Assembly: GCA_965228775.1 (NCBI GenBank)
Contig: OZ245840.1
Coordinates: 4,739 to 68,738, forward strand
DNA: 64,000 bases
Source: Alphaproteobacteria bacterium
GTDB taxonomy: Bacteria; Pseudomonadota; Alphaproteobacteria; JANQMY01
Reading direction: 5' to 3'
Shown here in pieces: positions 47,787 through 57,520 of this stretch (the stretch's first letter is position 1; every line of letters begins with the position of its first letter). A program made the position numbers and the translations under genes. Below the pieces are notes generated by a model. That model worked only from the letters and a program-made list of their open reading frames with translations. It did not search any database and was not told where the DNA came from.

Positions 47787-48653
47787 TTGGCGAGACAGCT
47801 CAAGTTTTCTAGAATCGGTTTGATGAATCGAATCGTTCGAGATGTCAGAAGGTCTCTGAAGAACCTTTCCTTACCCCCCAATTCGCTGAAGCGGGCGGAC
47901 CGTCACTTTGCCTATGTGATGCCGGCGATAGTTGGTCTTCTGCTGGTGGCTCTTGCGGTTCCCAGGGCGCTGACCGAAGTGCGCCTCGTGCCCGCGGACA
48001 GTGTGCTGGAAAAGATAAGGCGGACACCGGTCGAGGAACTGAATAGTGCTGATAATCAGAAGTCTCTCAAAGGTGCCGTCCAGGATCTAGAGGCGGCGAG
48101 CCGAATTCACAATGGCAATGCCGATATCTATGCGGATCTTGCGTTTGCGGAACTTGGACAACTCGATGTGGTGGGCCCCAACACCACCGAAGGTAAAGCC
48201 CTCCTTGATAGTGCGATTGGTAACCTGGAAGAAAGCTTGAAGCGAAACCCAGCCAACAGCTTCGCTTGGGTTCGGCTGGCCTCAGCACTCGTTTACAAAG
48301 AAGGGAAGGTCACGCCTGACGCACTTGAGGCCCTTCGTTGGTCCTACCGGACAGGCCCCCTAATTGAGAAGCTCGCCTATTTCCGAACGGATTTGGGTAT
48401 TCGTCTGTATGGGGAGTTAGACTTCGATCTGAAGCAAAGCCTCAGTGAGGAGATCGCTTTTTATTTCTCCATCAATTGGCCGGCCCGCCTGGAACTGATG
48501 GCGCTTACTTGTAAGCTGGAAGCAGCCTTTATCGTTCAGAATGCGCTGTCGGGTGTTTTAGAACAAAAAGAACTTGATCAGTTCTACCGTAACTTCATGA
48601 GCCCTGCGGCGTGCGCTCATGCGGCTAAATCCAAAGCCGCTAAAGAAAACTAG
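47787..48653 (+). CDS. Hypothetical membrane-anchored helical protein
   Basis: One N-terminal TM (YVMPAIVGLLLVALAV) followed by an alpha-helical, TPR-like soluble domain. Begins 16 bp after the wzc-like gene. Confidence 0.45.
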   Translation: MARQLKFSRIGLMNRIVRDVRRSLKNLSLPPNSLKRADRHFAYVMPAIVGLLLVALAVPRALTEVRLVPADSVLEKIRRTPVEELNSADNQKSLKGAVQDLEAASRIHNGNADIYADLAFAELGQLDVVGPNTTEGKALLDSAIGNLEESLKRNPANSFAWVRLASALVYKEGKVTPDALEALRWSYRTGPLIEKLAYFRTDLGIRLYGELDFDLKQSLSEEIAFYFSINWPARLELMALTCKLEAAFIVQNALSGVLEQKELDQFYRNFMSPAACAHAAKSKAAKEN

Positions 48654-48663
48654 CCTCCTTCTA

Positions 48664-48716
48664 GAGCCGTTTTGGTTTTGATTGAAACTCAAAACGGCTC
48701 CAGATTCTTTGTTTTG
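48664..48716 (+). terminator. Rho-independent terminator
   Basis: GAGCCGTTTTG-N15-CAAAACGGCTC (11-bp perfect stem) followed by the T-rich cagattctttgttttg. Confidence 0.65.
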
Positions 48717-48858
48717 CGCGTTTCCGGACGGTGAACCGGATTCCACTTCACCTGGAAACGCTATAGCGCCAATTTCCCATGAGTTGACGCCAGTCCTAAA
48801 TCAGTATGCAGATCTATGAGGACAGGAACGGTAGTCCGTTGTAAGGCAGTTTGTGCTT

Positions 48859-49623
48859 TTATGCGGTATTGCGGTCCCACCACCAATTTGTGTTGATGCC
48901 GAAAAACATCAACCAAAAGCCTACAAGGACCTCTGTTAGTGATATCGGTAACCAGTAGTAGCCAGCCCACTCAGCTTCGCGCATAAGGATAAGATCCGAA
49001 AGACTCCATGCGAAGATAAGCAGAGTTCCAACTATTCCGGCTACAGACAAAATGCTTGGAATGAACCTGGACCTCATAAACAACCAAAAGAACACAGTCG
49101 AGCCAAATGCGTAGAACGTAATCGCTATGTAGTTTGCTGAATCTTGAGCATGAAGAAGGAAGCGCAGCAGGATATTCGTTTCCCCGGTGTTGCCAGCGCC
49201 GATCAATTCCGGCTCGCGCATCATGTCGGCAAGCATGAGTCCTAAGTAGGCCGTTAGGCCAAAAAGCGCCGCTTCGGCCGTTCTTGCGAGCAGGGCAAAT
49301 AACGCGAGGTTTCTATCAACCGGTGTAAGAACCACATAAAGCGCAAAAGCCAGCACCAATGTGAACCAGGCAGCTGCCAGTTGAAAAATGAAACCGAAAT
49401 GGAATTGATTGGCCGAAAGAAAAGCTTGATCCGCCGGCGGAAAGATTTGCTTCGTTGCGCTTAGATCTCCTACCAGGAACACACCAAGTCCGAAGATACC
49501 GGCGACAAAAACGTACAAGAAGCCCGCTATCGTCACGTAGAGGCGTGAGGCGGGCTCCGTCTCATTTTTACCTGCACAGCGCCATTTCTCCGTCGACTTT
49601 GTCATTCGACGCAGCTTATCCAT
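48859..49623 (-). CDS. Integral membrane protein of unknown function
   Basis: 254 aa with about 6 TM helices and a W-rich C-terminus (NTNWWWDRNTA). Divergently transcribed from the LysR gene. Confidence 0.5.
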   Translation of the reverse strand: MDKLRRMTKSTEKWRCAGKNETEPASRLYVTIAGFLYVFVAGIFGLGVFLVGDLSATKQIFPPADQAFLSANQFHFGFIFQLAAAWFTLVLAFALYVVLTPVDRNLALFALLARTAEAALFGLTAYLGLMLADMMREPELIGAGNTGETNILLRFLLHAQDSANYIAITFYAFGSTVFFWLFMRSRFIPSILSVAGIVGTLLIFAWSLSDLILMREAEWAGYYWLPISLTEVLVGFWLMFFGINTNWWWDRNTA

Positions 49624-49675
49624 ACAAATTAAATAGGCAATTGCCTAATTATGCGGACTATCTATACAAATACGT

Positions 49676-50578
49676 ATGAGTAGACGGTATGCGAATTTCG
49701 ATTGGAACCATGCGCGGGCTTTCTTAGCGACAGTCGAAGAGGGCTCTCTTTCGGCTGCAGCACGCGCGCTCGGTTCAACGCAACCGACCGTGAGCCGGCA
49801 AATATCGGCATTGGAGAAAGCCCTGGATCTTATGCTGTTTGAGCGCGCCGGACGGGGGCTAACGCTTACCTCAGGTGGATCGAAATTGCTCGATCGGCTC
49901 CGTGCAATGGGGGAGGCTGCCGATCAGATTTCACTACAGGCTTTTGGGCAAACGCAACGAATTGACGGAACTGTGTACATCACCGCGAGTGTCGGTGCGG
50001 CGGTGTTGCTTCCGCCTGTTCTAAAGAAGCTGCGAGAGTCTCACCCTGGCATTTGCGTTAACTTAGCCGTTTCGACGTCTGCCAAAGACTTGCAGCGCCG
50101 GGAAGCCGACATTGCATTACGTCACGTTGAACCGACTCAACCGGAACTGCTGGCGCGTGAAGTGACAAGGCAGCCAGTCACATCGCGATTGTATGCATCG
50201 CCTACTTATTTGGAGCGGTTCTCACATCCGCTGACAAAGGAAGATCTGTCCACGGCTGATTTTTTGAATTTTGAGGACACTGACCGCCTGCAAAGAAGAT
50301 TGAGAGATGTTGGACTGCCGATTGCTGCGGAGAAATTCAAGATCGTGTCGGATGACTGGATGATAATGTGTGACTTTATCAGAAAAGGGCTTGGCATCGG
50401 GCTGCTGCCTGAGATGATCGGCGATCATGACCCGTCGGTACAAAGGGTCCCATTCGACATTTCACCGGTTACGGTGCAAACCTGGATTACGGTTCACAGA
50501 GAACTTCATACAACACCCCGTATTCGTGTTGTCTACGATCTGTTGTGCTCGGAACTGGCCGACCAAGCGTCGCTATAG
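49676..50578 (+). CDS. LysR-family transcriptional regulator
   Basis: N-terminal HTH: NHARAFLATVEEGSLSAAARALGSTQPTVSRQISALEKAL. Length is about 300 aa with a C-terminal substrate-binding fold. Confidence 0.85.
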   Translation: MSRRYANFDWNHARAFLATVEEGSLSAAARALGSTQPTVSRQISALEKALDLMLFERAGRGLTLTSGGSKLLDRLRAMGEAADQISLQAFGQTQRIDGTVYITASVGAAVLLPPVLKKLRESHPGICVNLAVSTSAKDLQRREADIALRHVEPTQPELLAREVTRQPVTSRLYASPTYLERFSHPLTKEDLSTADFLNFEDTDRLQRRLRDVGLPIAAEKFKIVSDDWMIMCDFIRKGLGIGLLPEMIGDHDPSVQRVPFDISPVTVQTWITVHRELHTTPRIRVVYDLLCSELADQASL

Positions 50579-50646
50579 CGTTTCCAGGTGAGGTGCCAAA
50601 ATCCGATATTGGCGGCTCACTTTCCGGAAACGCGCTAAACAGAGAC

Positions 50647-52338
50647 TTAGGGCACGGATGGTTTTTCGCTCGGAGGAGGATCTTCGCCGATGGGTTTGGG
50701 GGCTTCCGGATGTGGTTCGGGCCGGATAACCAGCTCAGGCGGTGACTTCGTGTCTGACGCAGGGGGATCACCTCTGGAAAGTCCGACGCTCCTACTTGAC
50801 CTTCTTTGCCCCGTGTCTCTCGATTTCGAGCGCTTTCTGCTGCGGGAACTAAAGGATTGAGCGCAGGCGATTCCCATAATGAATGTGAATGTCACGGTGA
50901 CAGCTGGGATTTCGAGGCTGAAATCGATAAGCGCATGAAAACCAACCAGCGTGAGAATGGCCATACCAACCGCAGCATAAATTTTGGCCCGGCGTCTTCT
51001 AACGAGCCCGAACAAGCAGAGCTCACCCATGGAAGCCACGGAAACGAACAGTAACGCAGCTGCTGGAATGCCAAGCTCCAATGCGTTCTCAAGATAGGTA
51101 TTGTGGGCATCTTGCCATGGTGGACCGGCGGGCAATCTTGAATCCCTAAAGATGGGATATGTGTCCATAAAAGTGCCAAGGCCGGATCCTGCGAATGGTG
51201 CCGCACCGATCGCTTCCCACGTCAGCCGATAAATGTCCGAACGGCCGCCGCCGGACGCTTCCGCATCAGTTAGGCGGTCCACAACCGCGCCGCCACTTAC
51301 CGCAATGAATAGCAATCCACTTGCCAGCGCGATGCCAAGGAAGATCATTGTCTGCTGGCGGGGGATGACGCGCGCATAGCCGCAGCAGACGATCAATACA
51401 ATAATGCCCAGGAAGGTGCTCATGACACCGCCGCGTGAGCCGCTCATCAAAATAGCAGTACCCAGGACCAGGGCTGTAACAACAAGGTATGCGGACTTGC
51501 CGGCCAGGACCTCAAGGGCCAGTTCAGCTTTCGTGCGTGCGCTTGCTTTGATCTTTAAAACTGAGCCCAAATCCTGCAAGAGCAAGCCAATAACACACAC
51601 CAGACCGATACCGGCGTATGTGGCGTAAGAGTTCCGATTAACGAACGTACTCGCAAGATAGCCTTCATAAGCCCATTTGTGGAACCAAAGGACGCGTTCC
51701 CAGCCACCAAGATGGACAATTAGTCCGTATGCACCATAGGCCAGGGAAATGACGGCGATCGCCCGCAAGCCGCGATCCGCCAATGTCGTGGACCGGCAAA
51801 TCTGCAACGACATCCAGAAGACCGCGGCGTAGGTCAAGAGCCGCATGATCCCACTGGCTGTTTCGTATGGGTTTATTGAAATTGTCGAAGAGGCCCCCGT
51901 TCCCAAGAAGGTTGCCGTTTCCTGCCACAAGGGGTGGGCGATTGACGTCGGCATCCATGGAAAAATTTGGACAAGAGCCCACAGAATTGCCAACAGAAAA
52001 GGAACGACAATCGCCAGTACTTTCCTTGCCGGGATATATTCTTCTGTCTGCGTACGCCAGCGATATGCGCCATAGGCGGCAAACAGGATGCCGGCCCAGA
52101 TCGCGAGCACGGACCACCAAATGGGACGGTTGCTGCCGAGGGGGAGCGGGGCAAAGGCGACCAGTGCGATCAGGCCAATGAAAAGCCTGCGTTCGGTAAG
52201 CAGATCCCAAACGCTAGACTTTGCGGCCGCCTCACCCTGAGACGTATGCGGAACCACCGCGTCGCTGACCAATTTGACCTCCGAAACCGCGTAAATGCTC
52301 AGTCCGATGATAAACTGATTCCGAGGGTGCAACTTCAA
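50647..52338 (-). CDS. O-antigen ligase / Wzy-like membrane protein with a Pro/Ser/Arg-rich C-terminal tail
   Basis: Wzy_C-type motif …GSGLGTFMDTYPIFRDSRLPAGPPWQDAHNTYLENALELGIPAA…. About 12 TM helices. The C-terminal ~70 aa are low-complexity (SRSRKRSKSRDTGQRRSSRS…PPELVIRPEPHPEAPKPIGEDPPPSEKP). Confidence 0.65.
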   Translation of the reverse strand: MKLHPRNQFIIGLSIYAVSEVKLVSDAVVPHTSQGEAAAKSSVWDLLTERRLFIGLIALVAFAPLPLGSNRPIWWSVLAIWAGILFAAYGAYRWRTQTEEYIPARKVLAIVVPFLLAILWALVQIFPWMPTSIAHPLWQETATFLGTGASSTISINPYETASGIMRLLTYAAVFWMSLQICRSTTLADRGLRAIAVISLAYGAYGLIVHLGGWERVLWFHKWAYEGYLASTFVNRNSYATYAGIGLVCVIGLLLQDLGSVLKIKASARTKAELALEVLAGKSAYLVVTALVLGTAILMSGSRGGVMSTFLGIIVLIVCCGYARVIPRQQTMIFLGIALASGLLFIAVSGGAVVDRLTDAEASGGGRSDIYRLTWEAIGAAPFAGSGLGTFMDTYPIFRDSRLPAGPPWQDAHNTYLENALELGIPAAALLFVSVASMGELCLFGLVRRRRAKIYAAVGMAILTLVGFHALIDFSLEIPAVTVTFTFIMGIACAQSFSSRSRKRSKSRDTGQRRSSRSVGLSRGDPPASDTKSPPELVIRPEPHPEAPKPIGEDPPPSEKPSVP

Positions 52339-52457
52339 TGGTTAACAAAAGATATCAGAAAATTAATTTGCTGGTCGAGCCGTCGTTTCGGGCGACCTTC
52401 ACCCAATATATTGGGGTGGCGGTCTCACTGTTATGCGTGGGACCGCCAAGAAAATTG

Positions 52458-53924
52458 TTAGTAGGCGTTCTTGTGGACGAAGCCCTTAACCAAGGTTAAC
52501 GCCATGATCTTGATATCAAGCCAGAAGGACCAGTTCTGAATGTAGTAGATATCGTGCTCGATGCGGCCCTGAAGCTTGTCCATTGTATCGGTTTCGCCAC
52601 GATATCCGTTCACTTGAGCCCATCCTGTGATGCCAGGCTTAACTCTGTGGCGCGACTGATACTGAGCGATCGCCTTGGCAAATTCTTCGTCTAAGGCCAA
52701 TGGATGGGGCCGTGGTCCGACGATCGACATGGTACCTTGCAGGACGTTGAACAGTTGAGGCAGCTCATCAAGGCTGGTCTTGCGAAGAATATGGCCGATC
52801 CGCGTAATGCGCGTATCGTTCTTCGTTGCCTGCGCCGTCATCTTGTCCCCGTCTTCCGTTACCGTCATCGTACGGAACTTGAGCACGGGGATAATGTTTT
52901 CGTTGTAACCGCGTCGGCGTTGCTGGAAGAAGACCGGCCCTGGCGAGTCAAGCTTGATAGCAAGTGCGATTAGCGCCATCAAGGGAGCCGTCAGGACCAC
53001 CGCAACAGACGCCAGCACGTAGTCCTGGATCACTTTGGCCATCAACCACCATTGCCGGATAGGGCGCTGATTGAGGTCCATCAGGACCATACCGCCAACC
53101 CGGCTTACGGGGCGATTTTTATAGCGGATACCTACCAGATCGGGCACTAAGCGGATGTCGCAAGGTAGCGAGGCAAGTGCTTGTTCGAGCTTCGAAATAC
53201 GTTCATCCGCCGACCATGGCAGAGCGATGAAGATTTCATCCAAACGGTTATGACGCGCGTAGTGCACCAGGTCGTCAATCGACCCCAGAAAGGGCTGATC
53301 ACCCTCATGATCGTCGCGGCGCTTTGCACGGTCATCAAAGAAGCCGATGATTTTAATGCCGGTCGATCCACGGTGTGCTGTCAAATGCTCGGACAGACGC
53401 ATGCTCAAGGGACCGACACCAACAATGGCTACCTGCCGCGAAATACGTTCGTTCTTGATGAGCTGAGCGATTACACGCACCATCAGTACGCGGCCAAAGA
53501 CCAGCATAATGGCTGCAATCCCAAACCAGCTCATAAGCCAGCCGCGGGAATAAGTGGCTGAAATCTTGAGAATAAAGGCGATTGCGATTAGGCCAAGAAT
53601 GGCGCCGGACCAGCTAATGGCCATACGTCCGATCTGAGAGCCGATGTCGACCAGACTATCGAACATGTAGCCACTCATGGCGCGGTAGATTCCGGCAAAT
53701 GTGATGGCCGCGAAAAACCCAACGCCGGCCATGCGGACGATATCGACCTGACTTTTGAGGACAGCTACTTCATATCCGAAATGGGCAACAAGACACGCAA
53801 ACATAATGATGGCCACGTCCAGCACCATGATCGCGTCGCCTACCATTTCAGGCGACGAAAATATGGGGCTTGCATGAGCCCCTATGCGTGGCGCATCCGC
53901 CTGAGTGTTGTCTGTCGCCGTCAT
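52458..53924 (-). CDS. Polyprenyl glycosylphosphotransferase (WbaP/ExoY/CpsE-type bacterial sugar transferase), initiating enzyme
   Basis: C-terminal catalytic domain …DELPQLFNVLQGTMSIVGPRPHPLALDEEF…KPGITGWAQVNGYRGET…. N-terminal TM region. Confidence 0.85.
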   Translation of the reverse strand: MTATDNTQADAPRIGAHASPIFSSPEMVGDAIMVLDVAIIMFACLVAHFGYEVAVLKSQVDIVRMAGVGFFAAITFAGIYRAMSGYMFDSLVDIGSQIGRMAISWSGAILGLIAIAFILKISATYSRGWLMSWFGIAAIMLVFGRVLMVRVIAQLIKNERISRQVAIVGVGPLSMRLSEHLTAHRGSTGIKIIGFFDDRAKRRDDHEGDQPFLGSIDDLVHYARHNRLDEIFIALPWSADERISKLEQALASLPCDIRLVPDLVGIRYKNRPVSRVGGMVLMDLNQRPIRQWWLMAKVIQDYVLASVAVVLTAPLMALIALAIKLDSPGPVFFQQRRRGYNENIIPVLKFRTMTVTEDGDKMTAQATKNDTRITRIGHILRKTSLDELPQLFNVLQGTMSIVGPRPHPLALDEEFAKAIAQYQSRHRVKPGITGWAQVNGYRGETDTMDKLQGRIEHDIYYIQNWSFWLDIKIMALTLVKGFVHKNAY

Positions 53925-54198
53925 TCGAAACTTCCCCCTGGAGTGAAGCGTCGCGCCGCTATGCGGCAGCGAAGGATAAGTCCTTTTTCACAAACTTAAT
54001 ATTCCCCAGACGACTGCAATATCCGCGCCGAAGTGGCTTTTCTTCGCGTGAATGTAGTTATGTTTGTGTGTTTACGTATCTAAAGCAAATACCATCATCG
54101 ATTACAATAGGAAATCCTTTATGTCCCGAAAAAATACAGTTTGAGTGGCGATTATTTCTATGAGCGTAAGTATTCGATCTCGAATTTCTTATAATTCA

Positions 54199-54218
54199 GA
54201 GAATCAGTAGTGATTCTC
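54199..54218. promoter_or_regulatory. Perfect 8-bp inverted repeat GAGAATCA-N4-TGATTCTC in the divergent intergenic region
   Basis: Read directly (gagaatcagtagtgattctc). Lies between the divergently transcribed sugar-transferase gene and the galE-like gene, so it is a candidate transcription-factor site. Confidence 0.2.
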
Positions 54219-54544
54219 CATCCTTAAACTCGGGTTCCCGACCTTGGGCTGTTAACCATGTTATTGTGGCAGCCGCATGGCAGAGAGGTCCGCCTTCTTC
54301 CCTGTATCAAATAAAGACAAGAACAGCAGAATCGTATCAAATCAGGACAGCATGCCCTTGTCATTGTAATGCAACTGAAAGGGGCGGGCGCTATGGTGCG
54401 CCGACAATCTTTGGGCCGACGATCATCTAGAGCGTAACGTCTTTCTGTCCGGGAGCGTTATCCTTCAAATGGCCAAGGTCAAGGCAAGCTGCGTCATTCG
54501 CGGACGAGACATTCAGTGTATCAATCAAGAGAGAGAGCGTATCT

Positions 54545-55534
54545 ATGGCGATCCTAGTAACAGGAGGCGCTGGGTATATCGGCAGCCATATGGCCTGGCG
54601 TTTGGTCGACCAACAGGAGCAAGTGGTTGTCCTGGATAACCTTTCCACGGGGTTCCAGGGCTTGGTGCCGCCATCGGTCAAGCTCGTCCAGGGCGATGTG
54701 GGCGACGTTGGGCTGGTTTCCGATGTTCTCAAGAATGAGCAGATCGATGTCGTGATCCATTTTGCTGGATCCATTGTCGTGCCGGAATCTGTTACCGAAC
54801 CGCTCAAATATTATGAAAACAACACGGCGCGGAGCCGAAACCTGATAGAGGCCTGCGTCAAATCCGGCGTCGGTAAATTCATCTTTTCCTCCACGGCGGC
54901 GGTATATGGGGAGCAAACCCAAGGTCTCTTGGATGAAGAGCTGCCTCTCCAACCCATCAACCCGTATGCGACGTCAAAGGTTATGACTGAATGGATGCTG
55001 CGGGATGTGGCCATTGCACATGATTTTCGCTACATCGCCATTCGGTATTTCAATGTTGCGGGCGCCGACCCCCAAGGTCGGTCAGGACAGTCTTCCAAGA
55101 ACGCAACGCACCTCATCAAGGTGGCAAGCCAGGTCGCGCTGGGCGAGCGGGAGAAGCTTCAAGTTTTCGGTTCTGACTATGACACGCCTGATGGCACCTG
55201 CATTCGCGACTATGTGCATGTCACGGATCTCATCAGCGCCCATATGGATGGCTTGAATTATTTGAGAGACGGGGGAGATTCCATTGCCGCCAATTGCGGC
55301 TATGGTCATGGATATTCTGTGCTGGAAGTGATCGACGCGCTGAACAAAGTCACCGGCAATGAGCTGCCTGTGGAGATGAGTGAACGCCGGCCGGGGGATG
55401 CCGCAGCGTTGGTTGCAAAGCCGGAACGCATCAAGTCCCTTTTTGGCTGGCAGCCAAAGCACGACGATTTGGAGTTTGTCGTCAAAACCGCTCTGAATTG
55501 GGAGAGATCATTGCCTGACCGAAATTGGTATTAG
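54545..55534 (+). CDS. galE: UDP-glucose 4-epimerase
   Basis: MAILVTGGAGYIGSH… (GxxGxxG). SDR catalytic YxxxK context (PYATSK). Length 329 aa. Confidence 0.85.
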   Translation: MAILVTGGAGYIGSHMAWRLVDQQEQVVVLDNLSTGFQGLVPPSVKLVQGDVGDVGLVSDVLKNEQIDVVIHFAGSIVVPESVTEPLKYYENNTARSRNLIEACVKSGVGKFIFSSTAAVYGEQTQGLLDEELPLQPINPYATSKVMTEWMLRDVAIAHDFRYIAIRYFNVAGADPQGRSGQSSKNATHLIKVASQVALGEREKLQVFGSDYDTPDGTCIRDYVHVTDLISAHMDGLNYLRDGGDSIAANCGYGHGYSVLEVIDALNKVTGNELPVEMSERRPGDAAALVAKPERIKSLFGWQPKHDDLEFVVKTALNWERSLPDRNWY

Positions 55535-55537
55535 TCC

Positions 55538-56518
55538 ATGACGATAGTGGTCACCGGCGCTGCCGGTTTCATCGGTTTTCATCTCTGTGGTGCCCTTCTG
55601 CGCCAGGGGCATCACGTGCTTGGTCTCGATAGTCTCAATGACTATTACGATGTGAGCTTGAAGACCGCGCGCTTGAGCATTTTGGAGACAAACTCAAATT
55701 TCTCTTTCAGCAAGGTGAACATCGCGGATGTTGAGGCTATGCAGGATGTGCTTAAGGCGTACAAGTTTAAGCACATGTTTCATCTGGCGGCTCAAGCGGG
55801 GGTTCGCTACTCGCTCGAAAACCCGTCTGCGTACATACAGTCCAATCTGGTGGGCCATGCCAATGTATTGGAGCTTTGCCGTCATCACGACGGGTTTGAG
55901 CATCTGATTTACGCATCGTCCAGCTCCGTCTATGGCGGCAACGAAAAGACACCTTTTTCCGAAACAGATTCCGTTGACCGCCCGGTCTCACTCTACGCCG
56001 CAACGAAGAAGGCGGATGAGCTGATGAGCCAGACTTATGGGCACCTCTATCAGCTGCCGCAAACCGGCGTCCGGTTCTTCACCGTGTACGGCCCCTGGGG
56101 GCGTCCGGACATGGCGTATTGGATCTTTACACAAAGTATTTTGGAAGGGCGCCCCATTAGAGTTTTCAACAATGGGGATATGAGGCGGGATTTCACCTAC
56201 ATAGATGATATCGTGTCCGGTCTTTTGTTGATGCTGGAAAAAGGGGCGGCAGTTTCGGGGGACCCGTCAAACCCCCACAGGGTTTACAATCTGGGAAACA
56301 ACAAGCCCGAACAGTTGCTGCACATGATCGACGTGCTTGAGACGGCGTTGGGCAAAGAAGCTATTCGGAAGTTGGAACCGATGCAGCCCGGGGATGTGAA
56401 ACAAACTTTTGCGGATCTGAGCTCAGTCCAGGCTGATTATGGATTTAAGCCCGCCACCTCGATCGAAGAGGGGCTTCAGAAATTTGTCCAGTGGTTCCGC
56501 CAGTACTTCGACGTTTAA
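55538..56518 (+). CDS. NAD-dependent UDP-glucuronate 4-epimerase-like enzyme (LpsL/Cap1J type)
   Basis: MTIVVTGAAGFIGFHLCGALLRQGHHVLGLDSLNDYYDVSLKTARL… and YAATKKADE (YxxxK). Starts 3 nt after the galE stop. Confidence 0.75.
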   Translation: MTIVVTGAAGFIGFHLCGALLRQGHHVLGLDSLNDYYDVSLKTARLSILETNSNFSFSKVNIADVEAMQDVLKAYKFKHMFHLAAQAGVRYSLENPSAYIQSNLVGHANVLELCRHHDGFEHLIYASSSSVYGGNEKTPFSETDSVDRPVSLYAATKKADELMSQTYGHLYQLPQTGVRFFTVYGPWGRPDMAYWIFTQSILEGRPIRVFNNGDMRRDFTYIDDIVSGLLLMLEKGAAVSGDPSNPHRVYNLGNNKPEQLLHMIDVLETALGKEAIRKLEPMQPGDVKQTFADLSSVQADYGFKPATSIEEGLQKFVQWFRQYFDV

Positions 56519-56548
56519 AGATCCTCGACGTCTGATCGGTTGGTATTC

Positions 56549-57508
56549 TTACAGCGGCTCGTTTTCGCTCAGCAGCTTGTCAAAGTACGGGATCGTTTTC
56601 TTGAGCCCTTCCTCAAGCTGAATCTTCGGTGACCAATCCAGATCCGCTTTCGCTTTAGCGATATTCGGTTGGCGCTGCTTCGGGTCATCTTCCGGAAGGG
56701 GCTTGTTGTCGATCTTCGACTTTGATCCGGTCAGTTCGAGAACTTTTTCTGCAAGTTCAAGAATTGTGAACTCCTTAGGGTTGCCCAAATTCGTCGGGCC
56801 CGTATACGGATCTTCCTTGTTCATGAGGCCCATCAGACCGGCAACAAGGTCTTCAACAAAGCAGAATGAACGGGTTTGGCTTCCGTCACCAAAAATAGTG
56901 ATCGGTTCGTTGCGCAGTGCCTGCACAATGAAGTTAGAGACCACCCGGCCATCATTCGGGTGCATGCGCGGGCCATAGGTATTGAAGATACGCGCCACGC
57001 GAATGCTCAGATTGTGCTGTCTGTAGTAATCGAAGAAAAGCGTTTCGGCGCAGCGTTTGCCTTCATCGTAACACGCGCGAACGCCGATTGGGTTTACATG
57101 CCCCCAATAGTCTTCCGTTTGCGGATGAACATGAGGGTCGCCATATACCTCGCTGGTGGACGCTTGCAAGATGCGCGCATTCAGACGCTTGGCAAGGCCC
57201 AGCATGTTAATTGCGCCGTGCACACTCGTCTTCGTGGTTTGCACGGGGTCATGCTGGTAGTGAACAGGCGATGCAGGGCAGGCGAGGTTAAAGATCTGAT
57301 CCACTTCCAGATAGAGCGGGAAAGTTACGTCATGCCGCATCAGTTCGAAGCGGTAGTCGTCCAGGAGATTCCGAATATTGCGCCGGGAGCCCGTAAAGAA
57401 ATTGTCAACACAAATGACTTCACAGCCCTGTTCCAAAAGGCGCTCGCACAGAAACGATCCGATGAACCCGGCGCCGCCGGTAACCAGTACGCGTTTTATC
57501 TCGTGCAT
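56549..57508 (-). CDS. UDP-glucuronate decarboxylase (UDP-xylose synthase)
   Basis: [41 protein letters not shown]……[16 protein letters not shown]…YDEGKRCAE is highly characteristic of UXS/ArnA-decarboxylase-type enzymes. Confidence 0.85.
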   Translation of the reverse strand: MHEIKRVLVTGGAGFIGSFLCERLLEQGCEVICVDNFFTGSRRNIRNLLDDYRFELMRHDVTFPLYLEVDQIFNLACPASPVHYQHDPVQTTKTSVHGAINMLGLAKRLNARILQASTSEVYGDPHVHPQTEDYWGHVNPIGVRACYDEGKRCAETLFFDYYRQHNLSIRVARIFNTYGPRMHPNDGRVVSNFIVQALRNEPITIFGDGSQTRSFCFVEDLVAGLMGLMNKEDPYTGPTNLGNPKEFTILELAEKVLELTGSKSKIDNKPLPEDDPKQRQPNIAKAKADLDWSPKIQLEEGLKKTIPYFDKLLSENEPL

Positions 57509-57520
57509 TTTCTCGTGTTC

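Noticed and set aside
51665-52461. Several 90-180-aa ORFs on both strands overlapping the 50647..52338 wzy-like gene
   Set aside because: They are nested in a membrane-protein gene that has the O-antigen-ligase motif. Their translations are Arg/Pro-rich low complexity.
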